A stretch of DNA of 64,000 nt, taken from NCBI GenBank assembly GCA_047495785.1, contig JBLDXI010000032.1, positions 4,216,001 through 4,280,000 of the forward strand, given 5' to 3'. Shown piece after piece: positions 63,032 through 64,000 of the stretch (position 1 is the first letter of the stretch; every line of letters begins with the position of its first letter). This stretch comes from Lepidodermella squamata. Its lineage: Eukaryota > Animalia > Gastrotricha. Position numbers and translations under genes: made by a program. Under the pieces are notes generated by a model. The model searched no databases and was not told where the DNA came from. It worked only from the letters and a program-made list of their open reading frames with translations.

Positions 63032-64000
63032 ATGGCTGCGTTGTTGCTTGCTGTTAATTTTTTGCTGGTGTTAAGTTTTGCCAACTCTCAGGCGCCGACA
63101 ATGAAAGCTATGAATCAGGCTGCCATGGCGCAGAAGTTTGCCGCAGGTAAGAGGCTCTTCGCTGTTTTGTGCCCCAAATGAGTAAATAATCGAAATAGGC
63201 GACATGCATTCACTGCTACGACGCATTTTCACGCATTACGACAAAGAAGTGATGCCTACAAGGCAGGTTTTATAACGCATCTCGTTGTCAATTTGCTATA
63301 ATTTGGCTATAATAATTTTGCCAGACCAGTATTTGTGCATCTCGATGTCCTTCTGCTACGAGTAAAGTCAACCGTCGAAAAAGAGGTTGGCTATGCTTTA
63401 TATCCCTTAGTTATTCGATTTACCGAAGTGAATTTCGCAGGGAATTTTCGAGTCAGTCATCGCCCTTTTCGTCAACTGGCATGACAGGAGGATGGTTAGT
63501 TGAATGTATTTCAGGCGCATGTTACATTTTAAGCTCTTGACCAGGTTTGGAACCCGGCTCAATACGATAATATCTCACTGCTAGCATTCGATTCAGAAAA
63601 GGTCTGGTTACCAGACATTGCGGTAATTTAAGCCACAAGCATGGATGTCAATAGATCCAATTAATTTTTAATTTTCAAGCTGACCAACTCTGCAGATCAC
63701 TTGTATTCGATTTCCAGAGATTTTCGTTTTGTTGTACGCGTTACAAACGATGGCCAACTAAAATATGTTCCTACAGGTGAAAATTCAATATATTTTCTAA
63801 AGATTCCCTCATGCGCTAATCTATAGGCACTGCGAGGACGTGGTGTCAGCTGAGATTGCTGACGTTTCCTTTCGATTTGCAAACATGTTCGCTGGAGTTC
63901 GAATCTTGGTCCTTGGAATCTGACACTCTACAGGTTAACGATTTAATTTTCGATATAATTTCGTCCGTAAATTTCATTTTCTATTTAGTTTGATACTAAG
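63032..64000 (+). CDS. Cys-loop (nAChR-like) receptor subunit, 5' part, truncated by the window end
   Basis: Short exons assemble into signal peptide ... YDKEVMPTRPVFVHLDV ... NWHDRRMVWNPAQYDNI ... VWLPDIALTNSAD ... CQLRLLTFPFDLQTCSLEFESW. Absent from the ORF track because the exons are short. Confidence 0.88.

Noticed and set aside
1-64000. tRNA, rRNA, recoding or altered genetic code
   Set aside because: None recognised by eye. The apparent in-frame stops I checked fall in introns. An Infernal or tRNAscan run is needed to exclude small RNAs.

Overview
Gene-dense eukaryotic DNA from an invertebrate animal with a compact genome. Most spliceosomal introns are about 45-65 nt, so the ORF track fragments most genes; I rebuilt gene models by hand from GT/GC-AG junctions and frame continuity. 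I cannot name the taxon. Contents, left to right: (1) 326-32159, four tandem minus-strand paralogs of a roughly 2,200-2,300 aa secreted mosaic protein (signal peptide, 2 CUB, 3 LamG/ConA-like, MAM, C-type lectin-like, 4 MAM, PAN/Apple, EGF-like, fibrinogen-related domain), with a TA-flanked MITE between copies 2 and 3. (2) A long-chain acyl-CoA synthetase homolog with degenerate catalytic motifs, head-to-head with an intronless GABA-B-like class C GPCR. (3) Two tandem Cys-loop receptor subunits with a rearranged pore selectivity filter and a shared upstream 12-mer. (4) Five tandem small secreted proteins that share a C-x9-C ring plus amphipathic helix motif I do not recognise. (5) An RNF217/RNF144-type RBR E3 ligase. 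(6) A secreted protein of about 21 LDL-receptor class A repeats only. (7) Two intact ACSL paralogs. (8) A Ly6/quiver-like three-finger protein, a small membrane ORF, and the 5' part of a third Cys-loop subunit missed by the ORF track. The strongest novelty candidates are the five-gene secreted peptide family, the mosaic lectin array and the Glu-2' Cys-loop channels. No database searches were run, so all novelty statements are inference.
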